NCBI RefSeq assembly: GCF_036825875.1
Contig: NZ_DAISXK010000011.1
Span: 3,537-67,536 of the forward strand
Direction of reading: 5' to 3'
From: Paucihalobacter sp.
Lineage (GTDB): Bacteria > Bacteroidota > Bacteroidia > Flavobacteriales > Flavobacteriaceae
DNA length: 64,000 nucleotides
The translations under genes and the position numbers were made by a program. The notes below the pieces were generated by a model. That model saw only the letters and a list, made by a program, of their open reading frames with translations, was not told the origin of the DNA and ran no database searches. Shown here one piece after another: positions 20,565 to 31,089 of the stretch. Numbering within the stretch: position 1 is the stretch's first letter; the number at the start of each line of letters is the position of its first letter.

Positions 20565-20663
20565 AGTTATAATTTTGATATTTGTACTATGTGTCTTTTT
20601 GATGATAAATACCATTGAAAATAACCGCTTAATCAATCCTTTTACATGGGGTGTAGTGAGATA

Positions 20664-21944
20664 TTATAGATATTCGGAGGTTAATTCTTCCACCACAAGA
20701 CCATCTTCCAAACTTTGTATGACACCTTGGGCTGCTCGTTCACCAGAAATCATAGCTGCGTTTAATGAGCCATTTAGCATATAATCACCCGCCAGATAAA
20801 TGGTTGGCTTTAACTGGGTTTCAGAAGGCTCACCGTCGTAACGCAAATCTTTTAAATTAGGTAATGCTTTTTCTATTGGATAATGCTTTAGAAATACAGT
20901 GTTTTGAATATTACAAAAGGTTTTTAAATCTGAAGTAACAGCCTTAACCAGCGCTTCAGTTGATAGTTGGTGAGGTTTTACTACTGTTACGGATAATAAA
21001 TGATGGGCACCGTTGTGGGTCATCTCTAAACTATCGTGAAAGAAGATGTTATTTATGAGTGCGCCTTTATCAGCCACTAAACCAATAATAGGCTTGTTTA
21101 AGTTTCGTTTTTCTACTTCAAAATAAAGAGTATCACAACGTTTCCATTTCACTTCTTGGTTATTTAAATTTGGAATTAGCGCCGAAGCCGCAGTTGCCAC
21201 AATGGTAAAATGAGTGTTTAAAACCTCACCATTTTCTAACACTAAGGTAGAATCGGTTACTTCCTTCACTTTAGTATTAAAAATAAACTCTGTTGTTTTC
21301 AATTTAGATTTGAGCTGCTGAGGGATAGCTCCAATACCATCTTTTGGAAGCACCGCCAGACCTTCTCCGAACATTTTATAAACGTATTCAAACATTCGGC
21401 TGGAGGTACTTAAATTTGGCTCGAGGAAAATACCTGAGAAAAATGGTTTGAAGAATTCATCAATTACTTTAGAAGAAAATCCAAATTCCTGTAAATAGCC
21501 TAATGTGGTTTGTTCTGGTTTTTGAAAAATTTCTTCAAGACTCTGTTTTTTGAGACGTCTATTTAACTTCAATATTTTAAGCTTATCGTTAAAGGTTGCA
21601 ACATTTGATACTAATGTTCCCCACAACAAACTAGGTTTTCGCAAGGCGTCACCGATAGTTTGTTGATTACCATTTTTAAAAATTACTGCTCCTGGTAAAA
21701 AGTACTGAGGTGCTAAAGCCTTGAAATTTAAATACTGTTTGGCCTTTGGATAGGCCTCGAGCAACACTTGAAAGCCTCTATCTAGTTGATAGCCCTTAAT
21801 TATTTCGGTAGTTACACGTCCGCCTACCTTAGTGTTTGCATCTATTATAGTTGGATGATATCCATTTTTTTCGAGGACAACGGCCGCAATTAATCCGCTA
21901 ATCCCCGCGCCAATGATGTGAATTTTATAATCTTTTTTATTCAA
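20664..21944 (-). CDS. NAD(P)/FAD-dependent oxidoreductase (amine oxidase / protoporphyrinogen-oxidase-like fold)
   Basis: 426 aa with an N-terminal dinucleotide-binding motif IIGAGISGLIAA...GGR and a C-terminal LAGDY motif. Confidence 0.75.
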   Translation of the reverse strand: MNKKDYKIHIIGAGISGLIAAVVLEKNGYHPTIIDANTKVGGRVTTEIIKGYQLDRGFQVLLEAYPKAKQYLNFKALAPQYFLPGAVIFKNGNQQTIGDALRKPSLLWGTLVSNVATFNDKLKILKLNRRLKKQSLEEIFQKPEQTTLGYLQEFGFSSKVIDEFFKPFFSGIFLEPNLSTSSRMFEYVYKMFGEGLAVLPKDGIGAIPQQLKSKLKTTEFIFNTKVKEVTDSTLVLENGEVLNTHFTIVATAASALIPNLNNQEVKWKRCDTLYFEVEKRNLNKPIIGLVADKGALINNIFFHDSLEMTHNGAHHLLSVTVVKPHQLSTEALVKAVTSDLKTFCNIQNTVFLKHYPIEKALPNLKDLRYDGEPSETQLKPTIYLAGDYMLNGSLNAAMISGERAAQGVIQSLEDGLVVEELTSEYL

Positions 21945-22411
21945 AATATTGTTTCTTTTTGATCTTAATCAAACTCCCAGAGTCAGTTGCAAAATATTTT
22001 TTTAAAATCTGAATGCTCTTTTTAAATTCTTCTTTAACAATTTACGGTCCTTTAAAAATTGACAATCTTAATCAAAGGTTAGTTCTAAATGTATGATTGT
22101 AAAAGATAGTGTTCAGTTTTTTAATTGCAAAATTAAAGGATGGTATCTAAATATAAACTTATAAGAATGTTAAGCTTTTGATATTCGAAAAACGACAAGT
22201 TTAAAGTTTGACCACTTTTGCATATTACTTTAAGTTTAAAATAATAAAGTTCTAAACTGTGAATATTTTCTCAATACCATATGAAACAAATAGCATCACT
22301 TACCCGAACAAACTATAGCAAGATCCCGTAACATTTTAGTCATAAGTTTTTTACGTTAAATACACGGCAAACCCACAATCAAATAGAATTAATGATGTTT
22401 AATTTAGAAAC

Positions 22412-25400
22412 TTAATGGTTTATCAATTTTGCGTTAAACTTTCCTTTATTAGGGTGAACTAAATTAATCAAAAACATTCCAGAAGAAAGCTCGGGCAATT
22501 CAATACTTAAAAATCCGCTTAATGGTACCGTTATTTTGCTAGAATACATTGTTTGTCCAGCTATATTATAAACAGTAACCTCTACTTCATCGCCGTGAAT
22601 ATCCCTTGTTGAAATATAAAAAACACCATTCATAGGATTAGGAAACACTGTAAAATTATTTCCAAAATTTAAATTATTATTGCTAAGCGTATTGCTTGTC
22701 ACCTCTATTGCCGATACTTTGGGTTGATCAATACCTCCATCTGTTGCCATAGCAGAAAAATCAATATTTAATTGCTCATCAAGAACTGTAACAGGAAATA
22801 CCTTTATTACAGGAGTTTCAGCCCCTACTTCAGCGAAAATATCATTATTATCTAAGACCAAATCACCTTCTATAGCCACGTCAAAAATACGGCTACCTTC
22901 TCCGCCGCTGGCGTCGCCTCCGGTTGCACCCCAGTAAATCTCTGCAAAATGGAGCGTAACCGAATAATCTCCGTTTTCTAAGGGTATGTTATAACTAAAA
23001 ACGCGAGAAGGCGAAGAACGCTCAGTTTTATATAGTTCAGGTACCTGAGCTGAATTATTCAAGTACATAAGTCCGTTGCTAAAATATTGATCTGCAGAGA
23101 ATACTTCATCATCGTTTAATGTTAGCGGTCCACCTGCGTTAATTCTAAGATTAAATGAAGAACTATTGTCGATGATATACCATAAAAAATTCACTGTCAC
23201 TGCATCCGTGCTAATATCATCACTGTCATTTACCGTTATAGTGACTGTGTAAGGCGTAGTGCTTGATGCATCTTCAGAAACGGTACCTCCTATTTGCCCA
23301 TTAGTGGGTTCAATAAAAAGACCTGGAGGTAAATTTAAAGCACTATAACTTAAATTGCCTTCTCCACCTGATGCTTCCACCACCAAACTTCCATCTAACT
23401 GTTCACCGATTGCACTGAGTTGATCTGGTATCTCATTAACTACAATTGGAATGCCTTGAACTGAATTTCGCAACACCTCCAAAGCAGATAATTTAGGTTG
23501 CTCAATTCCACCCACAGAGGCCAATGAAGAAAAATCGATATTCAACTCTCCATCGGTAACATTCGCAAAAAAATCCTTGATTACTATTGTCTCGGGGCCA
23601 ACATCAGCTAAGATATCATAATTATCCAAAACTAAATTACCCTCTATGCTCACATCAAAAATGCGATTCCCCTCACCGCCTTGCCCACCACCTGTGGCAC
23701 CCCAGAAAATCTCTGCAAAATGTAAGTTTACAGTATATTCACCATTTTCTAAAGGAATGTTTTAACTAAATATTTTACTCGACGACGATCGTTCTGTCTT
23801 ATAAAGATCAGGAACTTGTGCGTTTAAATTGGTGTACGATTGCCCTCCAGTGATGAATTGGTCTAAATCAAAGGAATCTCCGTTATATGTTAACGCAGGC
23901 CCACCACTATTAATACGAATTGATACATTGTTGTTCTCTGGTACCACATTTAAAAAGTCCCATGTTCCTTCAAGTTCAACTCCAGGAGTATTAGATGTGC
24001 CAATTAAGCCAACGATTAAATCGAATTCCGTTTGTTGTATTGCGTTTAAAATGCTGCCTTGAGCTGAAATTGTTCCTATACTAGTTCGTTCACCACCATC
24101 TATTTGATACTCCAACGATACTTGACCATTATCGGGATTCACAACAAAATGAAACAAAATGATATTTGTTGGTCTGCTTTCTACCGGTAGACTAAATAAA
24201 ATTGGTGTTTGTGGCACATCATCAATTTCTTGTAATGCTAAAAAGCCATCGATTGTAACTACAAACTTAATATAATTGCTTTGGGTGCCGTCTCCTATCT
24301 GAAAGCCCAACTCACCTTCAATAGCATCTGTATTGCCATAAAGTCTTAAAGGCCCTGTAAAACCTACCATACCCCCTGTTACTGTAAAAGTTCCAGTTGC
24401 GGTGCTAACTTGAACACCGTATTGATATCCTTTATCTTGATTGTTAGAAGTACCTAGCGCAGTACCAGATGTCATATGAGAAGTCATCAAACCAGGAGCT
24501 CCGCCTAATACATCATTAGGATTTGGGTCGTTAGGATCATCGCGTCTATCTAACATATTGAGCCAGTTCGGATTTGGGGAACCATTATTCATCAGTCCAG
24601 TCATCCCCAAACCAAAAATACCTCCTAAACCTTGCTGATCATTGAAAAGATCATTATAGATTGGAAGAACGAAAGCCTGACTCCCAACTGCTAAAGGATT
24701 ACCTAATTGCATAGGATCTAAAGCATCAGGAATTCCATCTCCATCATCATCCAAATCATTTAAATCCGAAACAAATGGTGGACCCAATATTTTGTCAAAA
24801 TCTTGTGGCTGTGAACCTGCATTGCAAGGATCCGTGCCGTTGTCTACCTCATCTTGATTGGAATACCCGTCGCCATCATAATCGGCAGAAGGATCGTAAT
24901 CTACTTCTCCTGGTTGTATACAAACTTCAAAATCTTGCGGTTCAAAGACGGTGATGGCTCCTGTAAGCGAACCAATTCAAATTGTACCCGGAAAAACCTG
25001 CGCATCATCATTGGCAGTAATTCCTAATAAAAAGCCGCCACCTGTAGACAAAAAGTTTTGCGTTAATTGCTGCGAAGTACCATCTGCATTGAGTTGCACT
25101 CGGCGAAGGTTACCACTGCTATGTGTTGCTAGTAAATTCCCCTTCATCGCCTCGCCAAAGTTGGAAGCTGTGTATTCGGTTATCCCGTTGGTATTTGTAC
25201 CCCATATAACGATAGGATTGTCGTCTGGTCCATCAGGATTAGGAATACTTGGACCTCTCCAATCACCCTCAACTGGATTGGCCATTGAAAGAGGAACCGG
25301 AGGCCAATCTGCAGGAAGACCTATATTAGGATCTGTAGTAGATCCTGGGGTTGAACCATCAGGATCGTATAATTGCGTTCTCCAAATAGGGTCGCCTGTT

Positions 25401-26680
25401 ATAACAAGGGTACCGTTTATTAAACCTCGATTGTCAGTATACAATCCAGCACCAAAAGGATTGGCGCGTATCGGATTGGGATGTCCTGCATAAAAGCTTC
25501 CGGAAGAATAGTTTTGTATGTCAGTAGTGACTAATTCTAAATGGTCTTTATTGTCCACAAGTTCGCCTCCAGAAGCTACCTGACTTCCTGGTTCTGAAGA
25601 ATTATATTCATTAGTTACATTAGCTGTGCCTTCATTTTCAGGAAAACCTCCCCAACCTAAATTGGCACCATTATCCGTTACATACAAGGCTCCGTTTTGG
25701 GGGATTACTAGGTCATAAGTATTTCTGTATCCTGGTGAAAAGATCTGTACTGGACCTCCTAAAACCAACTTAGCTTGGTTCAATCCATCATTTCCTCCCC
25801 AAGGATCATTAATATCTATTCCATCATATCCAGGGGTGTCTGGGTCATCGATACCATTAACATTTGGTCTTGTAGGATCATCTAAAGTAGGAAGGTCATA
25901 AATATAACTTCTACCATTATCATTTAATATGGGTAACTGGTTAATTTGAGTAAGATTCACCGATAATACGGCGGCAGCCAAAGCATATTCTGTAATTAAA
26001 GCAAAGTTACTTGACGGCGCACCGGCATTGGTAAAACCTCCTGAAGCTACAATTAAATATTCATCACCGTTAATGGTTACAAATTCTAATCCGTTTGTTG
26101 AATGATTCTCTTCTGATCTCGGAAGTCCGCGAACAATATCAACTACCTCCCAAGTGTTAGGTTCTACCTGTGTCATTCGTGTGATTACGCCAGAGTTGGT
26201 GTCTAAACCAGCATCTTTTTGACCTGTTCCGGTTCCTCCTCCTATGCGTATATCACTAGAGGTTACATATACTATTGGATTTGTCGCTGTACCGGCAACG
26301 GTAAGACCCGTTACTTGTCTTCTATTATTAAATAATGCAGGAGCCTGTGTTCCATCATCATTATAATTAGGTATAGTAGCTAAACCTATAAGATCTTCAA
26401 CTGCAGTTACTATATAACTGGAAGGACTATTACGTTGTATGGTCAATACTTTTATAACACCACTCGTGGTTGAAGAAACCTAGTAATCCGATACATATAA
26501 ACGGCCATCAGGACCAAACTCCATGGCCGTGGCGCCATTGATTGTAGTGAAACCGTTCAAGTTTAAGGTGCTTTGCGAAAAATTAATTTGTGCAAACAGT
26601 GTTGTTGGCATTAAACTTAAAAGAACAACACATTTGGTAATTAGAAATTTTGAGATAAGTGGAAAGTAGTTTTTATACAT
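22412..26680 (-). pseudogene. T9SS-sorted giant surface protein (beta-propeller + Ca-binding Asp repeats + 2 malectin domains + Ig-like domain + CTD) interrupted by three in-frame stop codons
   Basis: The four ORF-track pieces (26480..26722, 24977..26446, 23762..24787, 22412..23653) share one frame, and translation stays open across the gaps.
- Stops: TAG at 26480-26482, TGA at 24977-24979, TAA at 23762-23764.
- Likely start: MYKNYF at 26680, followed by a signal peptide.
- Domains: PQQ-sugar-dehydrogenase-like propeller (GPDGRLYVSDY, YAGHPNPIRANP); Asp-rich DYDGDGYSNQDEVDNGTDP and DDDGDGIPDALDP repeats; duplicated malectin-like modules (YKTERSS...HFAEI(F/Y)WGATGG); C-terminal T9SS sorting domain (FTVFPNPMNGVFYIS...). 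Confidence 0.85.
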
Positions 26681-26739
26681 GATTTCGAGGTGAGAATAAT
26701 ACATTAAAGGACTAAAATACAATTATTTAATTAGCCGCT

Positions 26740-26747
26740 CAAAATTA
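26740..26747 (-). promoter_or_regulatory. candidate -7 box (TAnnTTTG) for the adhesin gene
   Basis: The minus strand reads TAATTTTG, 60 nt upstream of the ATG at 26680. Confidence 0.3.
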
Positions 26748-26912
26748 AATCATTTTTACGAAATTATTCACTATTTCTATCGTATTCGTCGAAGTAATGG
26801 CTTTTATCGACGAAGGACTAATATAAAATTTATTGGAATAGTGCATCTTGTTAAAAACTTAATTTCATTACTTTCGTTGTGGTATTAAACAAAACCTATA
26901 CAGAACATACTT

Positions 26913-28208
26913 ATGAAATCTAAATCGTATTTAAAACGTAAATTTTTAATCATTTCTCGCTGGGGAGAAACCCTAGACTTGGCTTTAGCCATTCAAAACG
27001 AAGGCAATGAAGTAAAATTTTTTATTGATGAAAAAGAGTATAGGGAAATTGGCGATGGTTTTGTACCCAAAATAAAAACATGGAAAACTCATGTTAAATG
27101 GGCAGATATTGTAATCTTCGATTACACCGGTTATAGTAAAGAAGCTAAAGAATTAAGAGCTAACGGAACCTTAGTTTTTGGTGGCAGTACATACACTGAT
27201 AATCTTGAACTTGATCGCAATTTTGGAAATAATGAATTAAAAAAACACAAAATAAAAACCTTACCTGCTAAAGAATTTGCATCTTTTGAAGATGCGATAA
27301 CCTATGTTAAGGCGCATCCCGATGCTTACGTGATAAAACCTTCTGGAGAAACACAAGAATTAAAACAATTATTATTTGTAGGAAACGACGATGAAGGACT
27401 CGATGTAATTCGTGTTTTAGGTGCCTATGAAAAGTCTTGGGGCAACACCTTCGGAAACTTTCAATTACAAAAAAAAGTAAAAGGCGTTGAGATTTCAGTT
27501 TCTGCTTTTTTTAATGGTACCGAATTTTTGAAACCATTAAATATTACTTTCGAACATAAAAAGTTATTTCCAAAGGAGTTGGGCGTTTCTACTGGCGAAA
27601 TGGGCACTAGCATGTTTTGGGTAAACGACTCCCCTATTTTTGACGCCACTTTAAAGAAATTTGAAGCAACTTTTGCCAAATCGAATTTCATTGGTCATAT
27701 AGATATTAACTGTATTGTAAATGGTAATGGTATTTACCCTCTAGAATTCACATCGCGCTTCGGTTATCCACAAATTTTGATTCAACGCGCCGGAATTACA
27801 GAACCTATTGGAAATATGTTGTATAAAATTGCAAATGGAGAAACCTTCAAAATTCAAACAAAAAAAGGATTTCAAGTTGGTGCATTTATTGTAGTTCCGC
27901 CATTTCCTTATGATGATATAAAAACTTTTGAACTGTTTTCAAAAGATGCCGTTGTGGTTTTTAAAAAGGATTTAAAAGAAGGAGTACATCCAATGCATCT
28001 AAAAAAAGTAAACGACGAATGGCTTATTACAGGCACAACAGGAATTGCGGTATTGGTTTCTGGAACAGGACTTACTATGAAAGACGCTCAAAAGATGATG
28101 TATAACAGAATAAGTAACGTAATTATCAATAACGGATACTACCGAACCGATATTGGCGATAGATGGTTTGAGGACTCTGATAAACTGTGGTCGTGGGGAT
28201 TATTGTAA
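26913..28208 (+). CDS. ATP-grasp protein, PurD (phosphoribosylamine-glycine ligase)-like paralogue of unknown function
   Basis: 431 aa. The layout resembles GARS: an N-domain, then an ATP-grasp core (YVIKPSGE...QLQKKVKGVEISVSAFF...HIDINCIV...YPLEFTSRFGYP). It stands alone, with no other purine genes nearby. Confidence 0.65.
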   Translation: MKSKSYLKRKFLIISRWGETLDLALAIQNEGNEVKFFIDEKEYREIGDGFVPKIKTWKTHVKWADIVIFDYTGYSKEAKELRANGTLVFGGSTYTDNLELDRNFGNNELKKHKIKTLPAKEFASFEDAITYVKAHPDAYVIKPSGETQELKQLLFVGNDDEGLDVIRVLGAYEKSWGNTFGNFQLQKKVKGVEISVSAFFNGTEFLKPLNITFEHKKLFPKELGVSTGEMGTSMFWVNDSPIFDATLKKFEATFAKSNFIGHIDINCIVNGNGIYPLEFTSRFGYPQILIQRAGITEPIGNMLYKIANGETFKIQTKKGFQVGAFIVVPPFPYDDIKTFELFSKDAVVVFKKDLKEGVHPMHLKKVNDEWLITGTTGIAVLVSGTGLTMKDAQKMMYNRISNVIINNGYYRTDIGDRWFEDSDKLWSWGLL

Positions 28209-28324
28209 ATAGCATTTTTAAAATAATTCTGCTTAAATTGCATCTGTAATTTGCTTTTTCATCTCAAAAAATAGTTCTTTTATCGAAAATATTGAGTTAC
28301 ATATTGCTCGCGTACAATATTTTA

Positions 28325-28332
28325 TACATTTG
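28325..28332 (+). promoter_or_regulatory. candidate -7 box (TAnnTTTG)
   Basis: TACATTTG lies 26 nt upstream of the ATG at 28358. It falls inside the longer ORF-track extension (28292), which supports the shorter start. Confidence 0.4.
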
Positions 28333-28357
28333 TCATGCAACCAAACTACCAACGATT

Positions 28358-30544
28358 ATGAAAAAAATTACTTTATTGATCACGTTTTCATTGTCCTGCT
28401 CTTTTTTTTATGGACAACATTCAGTAGCTCGAGAATGGAACGAACAATTACTCTTAGCTATTAGAACCGACACACCACGACCAACAGTACACTCGCGAAA
28501 TTTATTTCACACCTCATTAGCAATGTACGATGCTTGGGCTGTATTTGACAATCAAGCAGAAACAGTTTTATTAGGAAAAAATTATCGTGGATTTAATTCA
28601 GTATTTAATGGTATTGCCCAGCCCGGAAATGTTCAAGCTGCTAGAAATGAAGCTATAAGTTATGCGGCCTATAGATTATTATCTCACAGGTTCGCAATTT
28701 CACCAAATGCAAGCTTGACACAGCAAAATTTAGATGCCAAGTTTGCGGATCTAGGATACGACAAAAACTTCACTTCTATGGATTATAGTTATGGAAGTTA
28801 TGCTGCCCTTGGTAATTATATCGCAAATGAAGTTATTGTATTTGGATTTCAAGACTTGTCAAACGAACAAAATAATTTTCAAAATGAACATTATCAGCCA
28901 GTAAATCCACCACTTATCATGTCGCTTTATCAAGATAATGGTCATATAGATCCAAATCGTTGGCAACCCTTGACATTTGGTTACACTGTAGACGAAGATG
29001 ACAATACTATTCCAAATAATCCAAGAGCATTCTTAAGTCCTGAATGGGGACAAGTGACTCCTTTCTGTTTAAAAAGTGAAGAACTTGATATATTTGATTT
29101 TAACGGCTTTGATAATTACGTTTACAATAATCCTGGAGGGCCTGTTTATATCCAAAATTCTAATGAAGACGGAATTGATGATCCTTACAAATGGAATTTT
29201 GCTTTGGTAATTGCTTGGTCTGCTCATTTAGACCCGAACGAATCAACCTTAATAGACATATCCCCGGCGGCATCCGGAAATGTGAATTTTGAAACTTTTC
29301 CTGAAACTTTTGAAGAATACAAATCTTTCTACAATTTTACCGATGGTAATGTAAACAGTCCAGGCCATTCTGTTAATCCTTATACTAATTTACCCTATGC
29401 GCCACAAATGGTTAAGCGCGGAGATTATGGACGTATTCTTGCGGAGTTTTGGGCAGATGGTCCAAATTCAGAAACACCTCCAGGACACTGGTTTTCAATA
29501 TTTAATGAAGTGAGTGATCATCCATTATTAGAGAAAAGATTAGGTGGTCAAGGCTCAATCTTAGATGATTTAGAATGGGACGTTAAAAGTTATTTAACCC
29601 TTGGTGGCGCAGTACATGACGTTGCCGTAAATATTTGGGGTGTAAAAAGCTATTACGATTTTATCAGACCAATTTCTGCCATCCGTTATATGGCGAGTAA
29701 AGGACAAAGTTCTAATGCTGCTCTACCGAGTTACGATCCGCACGGATTACCGTTAATTGAAGGTTTAATTGAAGTTATAGAATCAGGCGACCCACCTGTT
29801 GGAACCGAAAATGAAAACCTCGGTAAAATTAAAATCTATTCCTGGAAAGGCCCTGATTTTATTGGAGATCCAAATAACGACGTGGCTGGCGTAGATTGGA
29901 TTTTAGGCACACATTGGTGGCCATACCAATTGCCTTCTTTTGTAACGCCACCTTTTGCTGGTTATCTTTCAGGACACTCAACGTTTTCGCGCGCTGCTGC
30001 CGATGTGATTACTCAACTTACAGGAAGTCCTTATTTTCCTGGAGGACTCGGATCTTACGTAATACCCCAAAATGATTTCTTGCTTTTTGAAAATGGACCT
30101 TCTGAAAATATTGTGCTTGAATGGGCAACTTACCAAGATGCTTCCGACCAAGCCAGTTTATCAAGAATTTGGGGTGGCATTCATCCACCCATAGACGATA
30201 TTAGAGGTAGATTAATAGGAAGAAAAATAGCATTAGATAGTTATAATCTTGCCTTAGATTATTTTAATGGCACTCTATCGACTGGTAATTTTGAAATTGC
30301 CGAAAACACAACAATTTATCCAATGCCATTTAACAGTAACCTAAACATTAATAGTAGTTATTTAGGTGATGTGAATATTTCCATTTATTCTATTGATGGT
30401 AAAATGGTTGAAAGAATTCAACTTCAAAAAACTTCTAACATTTTAAGTCTTAATACGGAATCACTTGCGGCTGGTTTCTATGTTATTAATGTTGTTAACG
30501 CTTCTAACGAGGTTCTACTAACAAAGAAAATTATAAAGTCTTAA
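28358..30544 (+). CDS. vanadium-dependent haloperoxidase / PAP2-superfamily protein with T9SS C-terminal sorting domain
   Basis: I place the start at MKKITLLITFSLSCSFFYGQ (signal peptide), not at 28292. The acid-phosphatase/V-haloperoxidase signature is present in order: K..DFIRP (29650s), LSGHSTF, SRIWGGIHPPIDD. The last ~80 aa match the T9SS CTD pattern (TTIYPMPFNSNLNI...ISIYSIDGKMV...GFYVINV). Confidence 0.8.
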   Translation: MKKITLLITFSLSCSFFYGQHSVAREWNEQLLLAIRTDTPRPTVHSRNLFHTSLAMYDAWAVFDNQAETVLLGKNYRGFNSVFNGIAQPGNVQAARNEAISYAAYRLLSHRFAISPNASLTQQNLDAKFADLGYDKNFTSMDYSYGSYAALGNYIANEVIVFGFQDLSNEQNNFQNEHYQPVNPPLIMSLYQDNGHIDPNRWQPLTFGYTVDEDDNTIPNNPRAFLSPEWGQVTPFCLKSEELDIFDFNGFDNYVYNNPGGPVYIQNSNEDGIDDPYKWNFALVIAWSAHLDPNESTLIDISPAASGNVNFETFPETFEEYKSFYNFTDGNVNSPGHSVNPYTNLPYAPQMVKRGDYGRILAEFWADGPNSETPPGHWFSIFNEVSDHPLLEKRLGGQGSILDDLEWDVKSYLTLGGAVHDVAVNIWGVKSYYDFIRPISAIRYMASKGQSSNAALPSYDPHGLPLIEGLIEVIESGDPPVGTENENLGKIKIYSWKGPDFIGDPNNDVAGVDWILGTHWWPYQLPSFVTPPFAGYLSGHSTFSRAAADVITQLTGSPYFPGGLGSYVIPQNDFLLFENGPSENIVLEWATYQDASDQASLSRIWGGIHPPIDDIRGRLIGRKIALDSYNLALDYFNGTLSTGNFEIAENTTIYPMPFNSNLNINSSYLGDVNISIYSIDGKMVERIQLQKTSNILSLNTESLAAGFYVINVVNASNEVLLTKKIIKS

Positions 30545-30606
30545 GTTAAATGAAAGACTGTTTAATTTGATATCTTTAGGGTGTATTTTTCATCAATTAG
30601 ATTCAA

Positions 30607-31071
30607 ATGAAACAGTCTTTACTTTTATTAAATCATCATCACGAACCATTCTTTAATATACTTCCTGAAGACTGGCAAGAGGCAATTGTACCACACTGGA
30701 ATCACTATCAAAACGACTCCAAAATATACGTTCTTAAAGACGCAAACAAAATTGTTGCAGGAGGCATTGTTTTTAGCACCTGCCCGCCAGATATGATAAA
30801 TCATAAGGAAGAAGCTGAATGGTGGTTTGAAAATGGCTATTTATACATTGGATTTTTATTCGTGGCAGAATCTCATAGAAATCAAAAACTAGGTTCACAA
30901 TGGATAGAGGCATTAAAGGACAGCACGCCTAACCGAGGTTTTTGGCTTGTTATAGAAGAAGACGGTTTGGGCAATTTTTACGAGAAGCATCAATTTAAAA
31001 TGGAAAAAATTATTCAGTCTAGCACTACTACTGAATGGCTTTATGCCTTTAAACCAGACGTCTCAGATTAA
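30607..31071 (+). CDS. GNAT family N-acetyltransferase
   Basis: 154 aa with an acetyl-CoA binding motif region FVAESHRNQKLGSQWIEAL (R/QxxGxG/A-like). Confidence 0.7.
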   Translation: MKQSLLLLNHHHEPFFNILPEDWQEAIVPHWNHYQNDSKIYVLKDANKIVAGGIVFSTCPPDMINHKEEAEWWFENGYLYIGFLFVAESHRNQKLGSQWIEALKDSTPNRGFWLVIEEDGLGNFYEKHQFKMEKIIQSSTTTEWLYAFKPDVSD

Positions 31072-31089
31072 CGTTTATTAATAATTAAT

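Noticed and set aside
24951-25493. 180-aa plus-strand ORF (Pro/Gly/Ser-rich)
   Set aside because: It is antisense to the beta-propeller part of the adhesin gene. Its composition is the mirror of the Gly/Pro/Asn-rich sense frame, and it has no start context or motif.
22412-26722. Stop-codon reassignment, selenocysteine or pyrrolysine as the explanation for the three in-frame stops in the adhesin gene
   Set aside because: All three stop codons are used as genuine terminators by neighbouring intact genes, for example TAA at 3979-3981, TAG at 6748-6750 and TGA at 31973-31975. The three internal stops are of three different kinds. No SECIS-like hairpin is evident after the TGA. The TAA replaces a Tyr that is conserved in the internal paralogous repeat.
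28292-28357. Upstream extension of the haloperoxidase-like ORF (TTG start at 28292)
   Set aside because: The ATG at 28358 gives a standard signal peptide (MKKITLLITF...). An exact TAnnTTTG box lies at 28325-28332, inside the putative extension.
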